Assembly (NCBI GenBank): GCA_035268685.1
Contig: DATFKK010000145.1
Location: 168 to 64,167, forward strand
Length of the DNA stretch: 64,000 nt
Reading direction: 5' to 3'
From: Candidatus Krumholzibacteriia bacterium
GTDB lineage: Bacteria > Krumholzibacteriota > Krumholzibacteriia > JAJRXK01
A program made the translations under genes and the position numbers. A model generated the notes under the pieces. That model worked only from the letters and a program-made list of their open reading frames with translations, was not told the origin of the DNA and searched no databases. Within the stretch, counting starts at the first letter, position 1. Every line of letters starts with the position of its first letter. Of the stretch, positions 31,323 through 41,351 are shown in pieces.

Positions 31323-32044
31323 GTCTCGGTCGCCTGCTCCTGACCCTCGCGCTCGTGCTGGTCCTCGGCGTGGCCCTCGTGGGCGCGGCCGACCTGTGGT
31401 TGCTGCCGTGGATCGTGCACCAGCAGACCGAGGTGCTCGTCCCCGACCTGACCGGCCGCTCGCTCGACGAGGCGGAGCAGGAACTCGCCGACCTCGGACT
31501 GCGCATGATCACCGGCGAAGAGGTCTACGATCCGGGAGCCTCCGCCGGAACGGTCCTGGAGCAGCACCCGCCCACCCTGCGCGCCGTGCGCCGGGGTCGG
31601 CCGGTGACGGTGGTGGTCGCGGCCGGGGAACCCCTGGCGCGGGTCCCCGACCTGGTCGGTCTGAGCCAGCGCCAGTGCGAGATCGAACTCGGCCGCGTCG
31701 GGTTGCGGCTGGGCCGGGTGGCGCGCAGCTTCGACCCCGACGGCTCGCTCGGCGTCGTGGCCCAGCGGCCGCACGCCGGCACCGACGTCCAGCGGGAGAG
31801 CGCGGTGTCGATCCTCGTGCGCGAGGGCCACGAGCGGTCGTGGCACCGGATGCCGAACCTGGTCGGCAATCCCCTCGGTCGGGTCCGCGAGGAACTGGGC
31901 CGTGCGGGCTTCGACATCCGTCGCGTCACGTATCGTTCCGACGCCGGGCAGTTGCCCGGTACGGTCCTCGACCAGTGGCCCCCGGCGGGGTCACGCATCC
32001 CCACGGGAGGATCCATTGAGCTGGTGGCAGCGAGCCGGGGCTGA
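31319..32044 (+). CDS. PASTA-domain membrane protein (no kinase domain)
   Basis: N-terminal TM helix followed by three PASTA-like repeats (VPDLTGRSLDEAEQEL..., VPDLVGLSQRQCEIEL..., MPNLVGNPLGRVREEL...). Confidence 0.75.
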   Translation: MSLGRLLLTLALVLVLGVALVGAADLWLLPWIVHQQTEVLVPDLTGRSLDEAEQELADLGLRMITGEEVYDPGASAGTVLEQHPPTLRAVRRGRPVTVVVAAGEPLARVPDLVGLSQRQCEIELGRVGLRLGRVARSFDPDGSLGVVAQRPHAGTDVQRESAVSILVREGHERSWHRMPNLVGNPLGRVREELGRAGFDIRRVTYRSDAGQLPGTVLDQWPPAGSRIPTGGSIELVAASRG

Positions 32045-32705
32045 TCCCGCCGCCGTAGCCGTCGCGCCGTCGATCCTGGCCGCCGACGCCGCGCGGCTGG
32101 GAGCCGCGGTCGAGGCGGTCGACGCGGCCGGTGCGGACCTGATCCACCTCGACGTCATGGACGGTCACTTCGTCGACAACATCACGCTGGGTCCGCACGT
32201 GGCCGCGGCGCTCCGCCGGCACACCCGCCTGCCGCTCGACTGCCACCTCATGGTCACCGATCCGGCCGACTACGCCCCTCGCTTCGCCGACGCCGGCGCG
32301 GATTCCGTGAGCTTCCACTGGGAACTCGAGACAGACCACGTGGCCATCGCCCGGCGGCTGCGCGAGGGCGGGTGCCGGCCCGGCCTCGTGGTCAACCCCA
32401 GGACCGACATCGGACCGAAGATGCGTGACGTCCTGGGCGCATTCGACCTCGTTCTCGTCATGTCGGTGCACCCGGGCTTCGGGGGCCAGGCCTTCGACCC
32501 GTCCGTCCTGCCCAAGCTGCAGGAACTGGCCCGCTGGCGGGAGGAGGACGGCCTGGACCTCGTGCTCGAGATCGACGGTGGTATCAACGCCGACACCGCC
32601 CCCCGGGCGCGAGCCGCCGGCGCGCAGATCCTGGTCGCCGGTTCGGCGGTCTTCGGGGGTGACGACCCCGCCGCGGCGATCGCCGCGCTGCGCTCGGAGG
32701 GCTGA
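32016..32705 (+). CDS. rpe: Ribulose-phosphate 3-epimerase
   Basis: APSILAAD...HLDVMDGHFV...H.M...VHPGFGGQ. TTG 32016 with GGGAGGA RBS; overlaps the end of the PASTA gene by 29 bp. Confidence 0.9.
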   Translation: MSWWQRAGADPAAVAVAPSILAADAARLGAAVEAVDAAGADLIHLDVMDGHFVDNITLGPHVAAALRRHTRLPLDCHLMVTDPADYAPRFADAGADSVSFHWELETDHVAIARRLREGGCRPGLVVNPRTDIGPKMRDVLGAFDLVLVMSVHPGFGGQAFDPSVLPKLQELARWREEDGLDLVLEIDGGINADTAPRARAAGAQILVAGSAVFGGDDPAAAIAALRSEG

Positions 32706-32922
32706 GGGCGACGAGGACGCCAGTTGCGGCCCTTGTCGCCGTTTGCTACCGTTCTACGCTGTGCTCGAAACCGGAGGCGCCGGCTTCCGGGAACGCACTC
32801 GCAGGAGAAGCGCCGGCCCCGCGTGCCGGCGACCGCACGGAACCGGGCGCAGGCCCGGTTCTTCGTCCCGGCCCGGGGAGGCCGGGCGGGATCCCCGCAG
32901 AGAACGACGTCGGGAGAAGATC

Positions 32923-34278
32923 GTGTTCGGCGATCTGCAGGAAAGACTCGAAGGCGTGTTCCGTGGCCTGACCGGCGCGGGCAAGCTGCGCGAGGAAGAC
33001 GTCGCCGACGCGATGCGCGAGATCCGTCGTGCGTTGCTCTCCGCCGACGTCGAGGTCGGCGTGGCGCGCACCTTCGTCGGGCGGGTCAAGGAGCGCGCGG
33101 TCGGGGCCGAGGTGCTCGAGAGCGTCACGCCCGGCCAGCAGGTCGTGAAGATCGTCCACGACGAGATGGTGGAGCTGCTCGGAGCCGAAGCTTCACCGCT
33201 CGCGCTCGACGGCGGCAAGCCGCCGATCCCCATTCTGATCATGGGACTGCAGGGAAGCGGGAAGACCAGCTTCTGCAGCAAGCTCGCCCTGCACCTGAAG
33301 ACGTCGGGCCGTCGGCCGCTGCTCGCCGCGTGCGACCTGCAGCGCCCGGCCGCGATCGACCAGCTCGAGGTGCTCGCCGGTGAGATCGACGTGCCGGTGT
33401 ATACGCAGCGCGACACCAAGGACGTGGTCGAGGTCGCCGAGGCCGCGCGTTCCGCCGCGCGCGAGAAGCTGTGCGACGTCCTGATCGTCGACACCGCCGG
33501 TCGCCTGCAGGTCGACGAAGACCTCATGGAGCAGCTGTCCGCGCTCGAGAAGGCACTGGAGCCGGCCGAGCGCCTTCTGGTGCTCGACGCGATGACCGGC
33601 CAGGAGGCCGTTGCCATCGCGAAGACCTTCGACGAGCGCATCGGCACCACCGGTTCGGTGCTCACCAAGCTCGACGGCGACGCCCGCGGTGGTGCTGCGC
33701 TGTCGCTGGTCGAGGTCACCGGCAAGCCGATCAAGTTCGTCGGCGTGGGCGAGAAGCCCAAGGATCTCGACGTCTTCCACCCCGACCGCATCGCCGGCCG
33801 CATCCTGGGCATGGGCGACATCCTGTCGTTGGTGGAGAAGGCACAGGCGGACATCGACGAGGACAAGGCCGCGCGCATGGAAGAACGCATGCGCAAGGCC
33901 GAGTTCACCTTCGACGACTTCCTCGACCAGCTCCGGCAGTTGAGGAAGATGGGGAGCCTGAAGTCCATACTGGGCATGATGCCCGGCATGAACTCCAAGG
34001 CGCTCAAGGACGCGAACGTGGACGAATCGGCGTTGACGCGCACCGAGGCCATCATCTGTTCGATGACCGGCAAGGAGCGCGCGCGACCGGACATCATCAA
34101 CGGCAGCCGCCGTAAGCGCATTGCTCGCGGAAGCGGAGTCCAGGTCTCCGACGTGAACAAGCTGCTCAAGCAGTACCGCGACATGAAGAAGATGATGAAG
34201 ATGATGAAGAAGACCGGGAACCTGGACAAACTCGGCAAACAGATGCTCGGAGGCGCGGCGCCGTCGCGCTTCTCCTGA
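32923..34278 (+). CDS. ffh: Signal recognition particle protein Ffh
   Basis: N-domain FGDLQERL, G-domain GLQGSGKT, DTAGR, TKLDGDARGG, Met-rich M-domain. GTG 32923 with GGGAGAAG RBS. Confidence 0.95.
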   Translation: MFGDLQERLEGVFRGLTGAGKLREEDVADAMREIRRALLSADVEVGVARTFVGRVKERAVGAEVLESVTPGQQVVKIVHDEMVELLGAEASPLALDGGKPPIPILIMGLQGSGKTSFCSKLALHLKTSGRRPLLAACDLQRPAAIDQLEVLAGEIDVPVYTQRDTKDVVEVAEAARSAAREKLCDVLIVDTAGRLQVDEDLMEQLSALEKALEPAERLLVLDAMTGQEAVAIAKTFDERIGTTGSVLTKLDGDARGGAALSLVEVTGKPIKFVGVGEKPKDLDVFHPDRIAGRILGMGDILSLVEKAQADIDEDKAARMEERMRKAEFTFDDFLDQLRQLRKMGSLKSILGMMPGMNSKALKDANVDESALTRTEAIICSMTGKERARPDIINGSRRKRIARGSGVQVSDVNKLLKQYRDMKKMMKMMKKTGNLDKLGKQMLGGAAPSRFS

Positions 34279-34332
34279 GTCGACCCGAAGCGGGCGCCGC
34301 CGCGTCCGCGTGCACAGAGCAAGGAGGGCCGC

Positions 34333-34851
34333 ATGGCCACGACCATTCGCCTCACCCGGATGGGGCGGAAGCAGGCGCCGTTCTACCGGATCGTCGTGTG
34401 CGACTCGCGCACGCGTCGCGACGGCGACTACATCGACAACCTGGGTTTCTACAATCCCATGCCCGACGCCTTCGAGCTGCGGGTGGACCACGACCGTGCC
34501 GTCGAGTGGCTGCAGAAGGGTGCCCAGCCCACGGGGACTGCGGGCAGTCTGCTGCGCAACGAGGGTGTGATGTACCGCTGGCACCTCATGAAGCAGGGCG
34601 CTTCGATCGAAGAGATCGAATCGAAGGTCGAGGATTTCCGGACACGTCGCTCCCAGCAGTCGGAGAAGATCCGTCAGGAGAGCGAGGCGCGTCTGACGAA
34701 GTGGCACCAGGAACGCGAGCAGTCGGCCCAGGAGAAGCGCAAGGCCGCCGAGGCCGAGGCGAAGAAGGCCGAGGCCCCCGCGAGCGAGGAAGCGACCGCC
34801 GAGAGTGCGGCCGAAGGTGATGAGGCCGCCGGGGAGACGTCGGAGTCGTGA
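34333..34851 (+). CDS. rpsP: 30S ribosomal protein S16 with about 90-aa acidic/Lys-Ala-rich C-terminal extension
   Basis: [22 protein letters not shown]; the tail is an [17 protein letters not shown] low-complexity region. Confidence 0.9.
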   Translation: MATTIRLTRMGRKQAPFYRIVVCDSRTRRDGDYIDNLGFYNPMPDAFELRVDHDRAVEWLQKGAQPTGTAGSLLRNEGVMYRWHLMKQGASIEEIESKVEDFRTRRSQQSEKIRQESEARLTKWHQEREQSAQEKRKAAEAEAKKAEAPASEEATAESAAEGDEAAGETSES

Positions 34852-35078
34852 GAGCCGTGGTCGAGACCGTGGTGCGGCATCTCGTCGATCATCCCGACCA
34901 CGTCGACATCGAGGAGATCGACGAGGGTCGTCGCGTGACCTTCAACGTGCGGGTGCACGAGGACGATCGGGGCAACCTCATCGGCCGCGGCGGCGGTACG
35001 GCACAGGCGTTGCGCACACTGCTCAACGGGTTGGGGCAGCGCAAGCGCATGAGGGTGGACCTCGAGATCCTGGACTGA
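34848..35078 (+). CDS. KH-domain RNA-binding protein (YlqC/UPF0109)
   Basis: [17 protein letters not shown] motif; GTGA overlap with rpsP. Confidence 0.85.
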   Translation: MRAVVETVVRHLVDHPDHVDIEEIDEGRRVTFNVRVHEDDRGNLIGRGGGTAQALRTLLNGLGQRKRMRVDLEILD

Positions 35079-35091
35079 GGACGTTGCGGTC

Positions 35092-35613
35092 GTGTTCGTC
35101 GAGATGGGCGAGGTCGTCAATGCCGTCGGACTGCGGGGCGAGCTCAAGCTCCTGGTCACCGGCAACATCGACGAGGACGTGCTGCAGAGCGAGTTCCTGC
35201 GTATGCGCCCGCCGGGTGGTCCGGATCGTCGGGTGCAGTGCACGCAGCACCGCTGGAAGGGCCGGACGCTGATCGTCCGAATCCACGGAGTCGAGGATCG
35301 CGACCGGGCCGAGGAACTGAAAGGGCAACTGCTGGGCTTCGGGTCCGAGGACTACGACCAGCCCGGCTTTCCCAAGGGAGACGAACTCCCGGCTTTCGTC
35401 TACCACGACCTCGAGGTCGTCACGACGGAGGGAGAGAGGATCGGACGCGTCGACGACGTGTGGATGCTTCCCGCCAACCGGGTGTTGCGGGTGCTCACCT
35501 TCGACGACGAGCGCGAGATCCTCGTGCCGGTGATCGACGACTTCGTCCGCGAGGTCGATCGGTCGGCCGGCCGCGTGGTGATCGAGCCCGTGCCCGGGCT
35601 GCTCGACGACTGA
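35092..35613 (+). CDS. rimM: Ribosome maturation factor RimM
   Basis: VGLRGELKL...PRC-barrel C-terminus; conserved position. Confidence 0.9.
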   Translation: MFVEMGEVVNAVGLRGELKLLVTGNIDEDVLQSEFLRMRPPGGPDRRVQCTQHRWKGRTLIVRIHGVEDRDRAEELKGQLLGFGSEDYDQPGFPKGDELPAFVYHDLEVVTTEGERIGRVDDVWMLPANRVLRVLTFDDEREILVPVIDDFVREVDRSAGRVVIEPVPGLLDD

Positions 35614-35641
35614 GCGCCGGCGCGGCGAAGGGAAGAGCGCG

Positions 35642-36352
35642 CTGCGCATCGACCTGCTGACCCTCTTCCCGCGGCTCTGCCGGCGCGTGCTGGCCGAGGG
35701 CGTGGTGGGACGAGCGCTGCAGCGTGGGACGGTGCGTTGCGTGGTGACGGACTTCCGGCTGTTCGCCGCCGACCGTCACGGAACCGTCGACGACACGCCC
35801 TACGGGGGCGGACCGGGCATGGTGATCCGGCCCGAGCCCGTGGTGGAGGCGGTCGAGTCGGTGCGGATCGGTCGGGCGCCGGTGGTGTTGCTGACACCGC
35901 AGGGACGGCGCTTCGACCAGCAACAGGCCGAGCGCTGGGCCGACATGCTCCAGCGTCCGGCGGGCGACGATGCGGGGCAGTTGATCCTGCTCTGCGGTCG
36001 CTACAAGGGTTTCGACGAGCGCGTCCGCGAGCTCGTGGTGACCGACGAGATCTCCCTCGGCGACTTCGTGTTGTCGGGGGGCGAACTGGCCGCCCTGGCG
36101 GTCATCGATGCGGTGGTGCGGCGCGTCCCCGGAGTGCTGGGTCGGCAGGAATCGGCCGACACCGACAGCTTCGGGCCGGCGCGCGACGGCCGCCTCGACT
36201 GCGGATGGTACACGCGTCCGCCGGAGTACCGTGGGCTGCCCGTGCCGGCCCCGCTGCTCTCGGGCGACCACGCCGCGATCGAGAAGTTCCGACAGCGGGA
36301 TTCCGAAGCGCGCACGCGCGCCCGGCGTTCCGACCTGAGCGACGACGCCTGA
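35642..36352 (+). CDS. trmD: tRNA (guanine37-N1)-methyltransferase TrmD (start non-canonical, see findings)
   Basis: RTVDDTPYGGGPGMV and SLGDFVLSGGE. The conserved N-terminus RIDLLTLFP is encoded in frame upstream of the first canonical start (GTG 35687). The coordinate given is the CTG aligned to Met1 of homologs. Confidence 0.8.
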   Translation: MRIDLLTLFPRLCRRVLAEGVVGRALQRGTVRCVVTDFRLFAADRHGTVDDTPYGGGPGMVIRPEPVVEAVESVRIGRAPVVLLTPQGRRFDQQQAERWADMLQRPAGDDAGQLILLCGRYKGFDERVRELVVTDEISLGDFVLSGGELAALAVIDAVVRRVPGVLGRQESADTDSFGPARDGRLDCGWYTRPPEYRGLPVPAPLLSGDHAAIEKFRQRDSEARTRARRSDLSDDA

Positions 36353-36442
36353 TCCGGTGACCCCGGGCGGGCGCAGACCCGACCCGCGGCGCGCCGCCGG
36401 GTGGACCCTCGGTCCCCGTGAGGGGCCGGACAGGAGCCGACC

Positions 36443-36805
36443 ATGAACATCCTCGATTCGATCCGTCACGACGGCGTGAAGCAGGACGTGCCCGACTTCC
36501 GTGTCGGCGACACCGTGAAGATCCAGGTGAAGGTGCGCGAGGGGAACAAGACGCGTCTGCAGATGTTCCAGGGCGTCGTCATCGACCGGAAGGGCTCGGC
36601 CATCGAGGAGTGCTTCACGGTGCGCAAGCTCAGCTCGGGCGTGGCCGTCGAGCGCGTGTTCCCGGTGCACTCGCCGAACATCGAGAGCATCGAGGTCGCC
36701 CGTCGCGGCAAGGTCCGCCGGGCACGCCTCAACTACCTGCGCGGGCGCAGCGGCAAGGGCGCGCGCATCGCCGAGCGCCGGGAAGACACCAGGACCAAGA
36801 GGTAG
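36443..36805 (+). CDS. rplS: 50S ribosomal protein L19
   Basis: [29 protein letters not shown]. Confidence 0.95.
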   Translation: MNILDSIRHDGVKQDVPDFRVGDTVKIQVKVREGNKTRLQMFQGVVIDRKGSAIEECFTVRKLSSGVAVERVFPVHSPNIESIEVARRGKVRRARLNYLRGRSGKGARIAERREDTRTKR

Positions 36806-36814
36806 GTCCGGACC

Positions 36815-37480
36815 TTGTCCGGACCCGATCGCCGCCATCGCCTCGACCGGCGTCTCGCGCGCCGGGTCGAGGGGGGTCTCGTCGCCGGTGTCGACGAGGC
36901 GGGTCGTGGCTGCCTGGCCGGGCCCGTGGTCGTGGCCGCCGTGGTGCTCCCCGCCGACGCCGACCTCCCCGGGGTGCGTGACTCGAAACTCATGACACCC
37001 GACGCGCGCGAGGATGCCTACGCGCGCATCCGCGCCTGCGGTGCGCGCTTCGCCGCCCTCGCGGTCTCTCCGCGCGAGGTCGACCGCCTCAACGTGTTGC
37101 ACGCCAGCGAGCGCGGCATGGAGCGCGCGGTGGAGCGCCTCGAGCGCCGCCGCCGCTTCCGGGCCGGCGCCGTGCTCGTCGACGGACATCGTGTTCCCGC
37201 GGCTCTGGGCGGCCGGGGTGTGCCCCTGGTGAAGGGTGACGACCGGAGCCTGTGCATCGCCGCGGCGAGCGTGCTGGCCAAGGTGCTCCGCGATCGTCTC
37301 ATGCGGGCCTGGAGCCGCCGGTATCCCGTGTACGGTTTCGAGCGGCACGTGGGCTACCCGACCCCGCAACACCTCGACGCCCTCCGACGTCACGGTCCCT
37401 GTCCGCTGCACCGTTTCTCCTTCGCCCCGGTGGCCGCGGCCGCGCAGCCCCGGCTCGACGGTGACCTCGCGGCCGAGTGA
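36815..37480 (+). CDS. rnhB: Ribonuclease HII
   Basis: VAGVDEAGRGCLAGPVV, DSK motif. TTG start. Confidence 0.9.
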   Translation: MSGPDRRHRLDRRLARRVEGGLVAGVDEAGRGCLAGPVVVAAVVLPADADLPGVRDSKLMTPDAREDAYARIRACGARFAALAVSPREVDRLNVLHASERGMERAVERLERRRRFRAGAVLVDGHRVPAALGGRGVPLVKGDDRSLCIAAASVLAKVLRDRLMRAWSRRYPVYGFERHVGYPTPQHLDALRRHGPCPLHRFSFAPVAAAAQPRLDGDLAAE

Positions 37481-37516
37481 AGTCCACGACCCGCCTCCCG
37501 CGGGTGGTTCCCCGTC

Positions 37517-37900
37517 ATGTCCGATCACGATCCCCTGCGCGGAGCCGTCGAACGGGGCCGCGCGGGTGAGGACGTAGCTGCTCTGTACCTGCGGCTGCAG
37601 GGGTTCTCGATCCTCGACCGCAATCGGCGGGGCGACGGAGGGGAGATCGACCTCGTCGCACGCGAGGGCACGAGTCTCGTCTTCGTCGAAGTCCGCCTGC
37701 GGCGGGCGGGCGCGCGCGTTCCCGCGGCCGAATCGATCTCGGCGGCGAAACGGCTCCGGCTGCGCGCGGTCGCGGGGCGGCTGCTGCGCGACCGCGACGA
37801 CCTGGCCTGGCCGGCGCGCACCGTGCGTTTCGACGTGGTGACCCTGCGGCTCGACGACGACGGGCTCGACCTGCGGCACCTGCGGGCGGTTCGCGTCTGA
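37517..37900 (+). CDS. yraN: YraN-family (UPF0102) predicted endonuclease
   Basis: GEIDLVAREG..LVFVEVR pattern in the conserved position after rnhB. Confidence 0.85.
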   Translation: MSDHDPLRGAVERGRAGEDVAALYLRLQGFSILDRNRRGDGGEIDLVAREGTSLVFVEVRLRRAGARVPAAESISAAKRLRLRAVAGRLLRDRDDLAWPARTVRFDVVTLRLDDDGLDLRHLRAVRV

Positions 37901-37969
37901 GACACCGCGTTGACCCCGGCGCCGCGCGCTCACTACCTTTGCGTGGAGTCTCTTCCCGCGATCCGGCAG

Positions 37970-40900
37970 GTGTTCGTGCGCGCGACCAGCACAGTCCTCG
38001 TCCTGCTCGTCGTCCTGGGCGCCGGTGTGGCCCGTGCCGACGACGTCCCGCGGGTCGACCTGGATCGCACCCTCCCGCGCGCGTCCGACGCACCCACCCG
38101 CGTGCGATGGTTCCTGCAGCCCGATGGGGCGGATCTCTCGACACTGCAGCGCCGGGCCACCGACGACGGGGTGGACCTCGTCGCGCGCCTCGATCGCTTC
38201 GGCGGCGACTGGGTGATCGAAGCGGACGCCGCACGCGCCGCCGAGATCGAATCCACGTGGTCGGCCCTCGGAACGTTGCGGCGCGACGTCTCGGGCACGC
38301 CGGCCCTCGCCGGCTCGACCGCCCTCGTGGGTGTTCGCTCCTTCGTCTGGGACGAACTCGAGTACCAGGGCGATCCGGTCTCGACGATCGCGATCCTCGA
38401 CAGCGGCTGCGACACCGCGCACGACGACCTCGGCGATCCGCGCGACGACGACATCGACGAGCCGCCGCTGGCCGGCGACGCCAGCGACTGGTTCGACGTC
38501 CAGGGATCCTATCCGTCCGACCTCCGCCTGCGCGTGGCCGGCTGGCACGACGTGACCGACGACCTGCCCGACGCGGTCGGACCCTGGGACTACCACTTCC
38601 ACGGGACGGCGCTGGCGAGCGCGGGTTTCGGTGGGGGGCGGGTCGACGGCGACGGGCGTGGGGTGGCTCCCGGGGGCCGGCTCGCGATCGTGAAGACCTG
38701 GAACTTCGAGGACCGGTGGGAGGTCTGGGCCAGCGATCTGCTGCTCGGTTTCGACTGGGTGCTCGACCATGCGGACCGGCTCCGGATCCGCGCGTGTCTG
38801 GTGGGGGCGACGTGGGCGGAGGATCCCGGATTCGGCCCCGCGATCGACGCGCTCGCCGCACGCGGGATCGCCGTGGTGGCTCCGGCCGGCAACGAGCCCG
38901 GCGCCGACATGGGCTACCCCGCGCGCCTGCCCGGCGTGATCGGCGTCGGTGCCTCTGACGCTGAGGGTGCTGTCGCCACCTATTCCTCGTGGGCGCCGGG
39001 GGACGAAGACCCCGGGACGCTCGACCTGATCGCGCCCGGCGGGAGCAGGATCGATCCCGATGCCCGCCTGCGCGTGGCCGACAACGAACCCCAGGACGCG
39101 TACGCCTTCCGCTTCGGGACCTCTCTCGCCGCGGCCCACGTGGCCGGTACGATCAGTGTCCTGTCCGAGACGATGGCCTCGGTGTCGCACCCGTGGAGGG
39201 CCGACGCCTCGCAGGTGTCGTGGATCACCGACGTGCTCAGAGCCACCGCGGCCGAAGTCGCGGCTGCCGAATCGAGCGCCGTCTTCGAACCACGGGTCGT
39301 TCGGACCGGAGCCGATCGCTTCGCCGGTCACGGGCTCCTGCAGGTCCGAGCCGCCGTCGACGCCGTCCGCAACGTGGTGTGGCCGGGCGACGACGTGCCC
39401 TTCACGCTCGACGCCCCGACCGAGGGCCCCGCGGTGTGGGCGGCCCGGGTGCCGGTCTCGATCCCGCGACCGCTCGGCTTCCGACTGCAGGTCGGGGACC
39501 TGGCCGACTTCGATCTCGTCGTGTACCGCGAGACGGACGCCGGACTCGACCCCGTGGGCGCGAGCACGCGCGCGGGCGTGGGATTGGACGAGCGGGTGGA
39601 ACTGGCGACCTCGTGGACGGGTTGGGCCGTGGTGGTGGTCCGCCGGATCGAGGGCACCGGTCTGGCACGTCTCCGCGTGGAGAACCGTGCGCCCGTGCTC
39701 GAGGGTTGGCCCCTGGAGCTCAGCGCGCGCCAGGTCACCAGTCCGACCGGCTACGACTTCGGGAACGACGGCTCGACCGAGGTCGTCACCGTGAACAACC
39801 TGCAGGCCTTCCCCGACGGCCACGCCTTCCACGTCGTGACCCTGGCCGGCGAGGACGTCGGGATCTTTCCCGAGCAGTTCTTCACTCCGGGCCGGGCCGG
39901 CGAACTGACCGAGCCGGCGGTGGGCCGTCTGGGACCGGTGGAGGCCATCGTGGCCGGGAGCGAATTCGGTCAGGTGCTCGCGGTCGACGCCGCGGGCGAT
40001 CTGCTCTGGATCCGCACGGTGTCGTTGTTGTCGACCACGTCGCCCGTGCTGGTCGACGAGGGACCCGACGCGCGGATCGCCGTCGGGACCAGCGCCGGAA
40101 TCGCGATCCTCGATCCGAGTGGGCAGGTCGTCCAGGAGATCCCGATCGGCGGACCGGTCGAGGTCCCGCCCGCGGCGGGGGATCTCGACGGTGACGGACG
40201 CGACGAACTGCTGGTCGCCGACGTCGTGGGCAACGTGACCGCAGTCGAGACCGACGGCACGGTGTTGCCGGGCTGGCCGGTCGCCCTGGACGGTCGCTCC
40301 ACGGCTCCCGTGCTTCTCGGCACGGCCACCGGAACGCGGGTCGACGAGGTGGCGCTCGTCGGGCTCGACGGCGGCGGGGCGTGGCTGCACCGCTGGCGGA
40401 CCGACGGCAGCCGGATCGGGGCGACACCGATCACGCTCGACACCGATGCGCTCCCCGTGACGGCCCTTTCGCCTCTGGTCGTGGCCCGGCTCGAGCGAGG
40501 GCGCGCGCCGAGCTACGTGGTCGCGACCGTGGCCGGAGCCGAGGAGGCACCGATCGAGGCGCGGGTCCACGTGGTGGAACTCGATGGCTCGCAGAGGGTG
40601 TGGTCGCGGACACACGCCGCGCCGCACTTCGTCGACGGTCGCCTCGACGTGTACCGGGCCCTCCTCGGGGAACCGCGGGTGACCGACGTCACCGGGACGC
40701 CCACACGCGAGATCGTGGTCCCGACCATCGTCGGGTGGGGCGAAAGCGTTCGCGGGATCGAGTACCGCTACGGACTCGTGTCGGAACTCGTCCGGTGGAG
40801 CACGACCGCCGGGGCGGTGCCGATCGCGGTGGAACTCCCGCGCGAGCGATTCCCCGATCGTCGCACCGTCGCGCCGCTCGTGCAGGACCTCGACGGTGAC

Positions 40901-41347
40901 CAGCGGGCGGAGTGGATCACGGCACGGGGCAGTGCCCTGACCCTGCTCGGCAGCGGGACCGTCGACACCGCTGTCGGCGCATGGACCGACGAGCGGGGTG
41001 GCTCGGACCGTCGGGGGTGTTTCGAGTGCCGCGAGCGCGTCGCGGTGGACGTCCCGGAGACCACGAGCCTTTTGCGTCCGGAGCTCGAAGTGCACCCGAA
41101 CCCCTTCAACCCGCGGACGTCGATCCGTCTCCGCGTGCCACGGGCCGGAGCCGTGCACTGGTCCGTCTTCGACGCGCGGGGGCGGCGTGTTCGCGAGGAG
41201 TACGGTCGGGTCGATGGGGCCGGCACGGTCGAGTGGCGCTTCGACGCGACCGACGACACCGGATCGCCTCTCGCCAGTGGGGTCTATCACGTGGTGGCGC
41301 GGTGGAACGCGAGAACGGCCCACGCCCGTATGGTTCTGGTGCGCTGA
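37970..41347 (+). CDS. Secreted S8 subtilisin-like peptidase with FG-GAP/VCBS-like repeats and T9SS C-terminal sorting domain
   Basis: Signal peptide (VLVLLVVLGAGVARA); catalytic triad context DSGCDTAHDDL, HGTALAS, GTSLAAAHVAG; repeats DLDGDGRDELLVADV and DLDGDQRAEWI. The last 85 aa (HPNPFNPRTSIRL...SGVYHVV) fit the type IX secretion CTD. The start is ambiguous among TTG 37910, GTG 37943 and GTG 37970. Confidence 0.8.
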   Translation: MFVRATSTVLVLLVVLGAGVARADDVPRVDLDRTLPRASDAPTRVRWFLQPDGADLSTLQRRATDDGVDLVARLDRFGGDWVIEADAARAAEIESTWSALGTLRRDVSGTPALAGSTALVGVRSFVWDELEYQGDPVSTIAILDSGCDTAHDDLGDPRDDDIDEPPLAGDASDWFDVQGSYPSDLRLRVAGWHDVTDDLPDAVGPWDYHFHGTALASAGFGGGRVDGDGRGVAPGGRLAIVKTWNFEDRWEVWASDLLLGFDWVLDHADRLRIRACLVGATWAEDPGFGPAIDALAARGIAVVAPAGNEPGADMGYPARLPGVIGVGASDAEGAVATYSSWAPGDEDPGTLDLIAPGGSRIDPDARLRVADNEPQDAYAFRFGTSLAAAHVAGTISVLSETMASVSHPWRADASQVSWITDVLRATAAEVAAAESSAVFEPRVVRTGADRFAGHGLLQVRAAVDAVRNVVWPGDDVPFTLDAPTEGPAVWAARVPVSIPRPLGFRLQVGDLADFDLVVYRETDAGLDPVGASTRAGVGLDERVELATSWTGWAVVVVRRIEGTGLARLRVENRAPVLEGWPLELSARQVTSPTGYDFGNDGSTEVVTVNNLQAFPDGHAFHVVTLAGEDVGIFPEQFFTPGRAGELTEPAVGRLGPVEAIVAGSEFGQVLAVDAAGDLLWIRTVSLLSTTSPVLVDEGPDARIAVGTSAGIAILDPSGQVVQEIPIGGPVEVPPAAGDLDGDGRDELLVADVVGNVTAVETDGTVLPGWPVALDGRSTAPVLLGTATGTRVDEVALVGLDGGGAWLHRWRTDGSRIGATPITLDTDALPVTALSPLVVARLERGRAPSYVVATVAGAEEAPIEARVHVVELDGSQRVWSRTHAAPHFVDGRLDVYRALLGEPRVTDVTGTPTREIVVPTIVGWGESVRGIEYRYGLVSELVRWSTTAGAVPIAVELPRERFPDRRTVAPLVQDLDGDQRAEWITARGSALTLLGSGTVDTAVGAWTDERGGSDRRGCFECRERVAVDVPETTSLLRPELEVHPNPFNPRTSIRLRVPRAGAVHWSVFDARGRRVREEYGRVDGAGTVEWRFDATDDTGSPLASGVYHVVARWNARTAHARMVLVR

Positions 41348-41351
41348 TCGG

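Noticed and set aside
32706-32922. 217-bp GC-rich rpe-ffh spacer with hairpins; possible SRP (4.5S) RNA
   Set aside because: It lacks the conserved SRP RNA domain IV motif (GGAAGCAGCCA-like). More likely a structured ffh leader or terminator.
35495-41323. 1942-aa minus-strand ORF
   Set aside because: It spans the antisense of five well-conserved + strand genes (trmD, rplS, rnhB, yraN, S8 peptidase), so it is a shadow frame.
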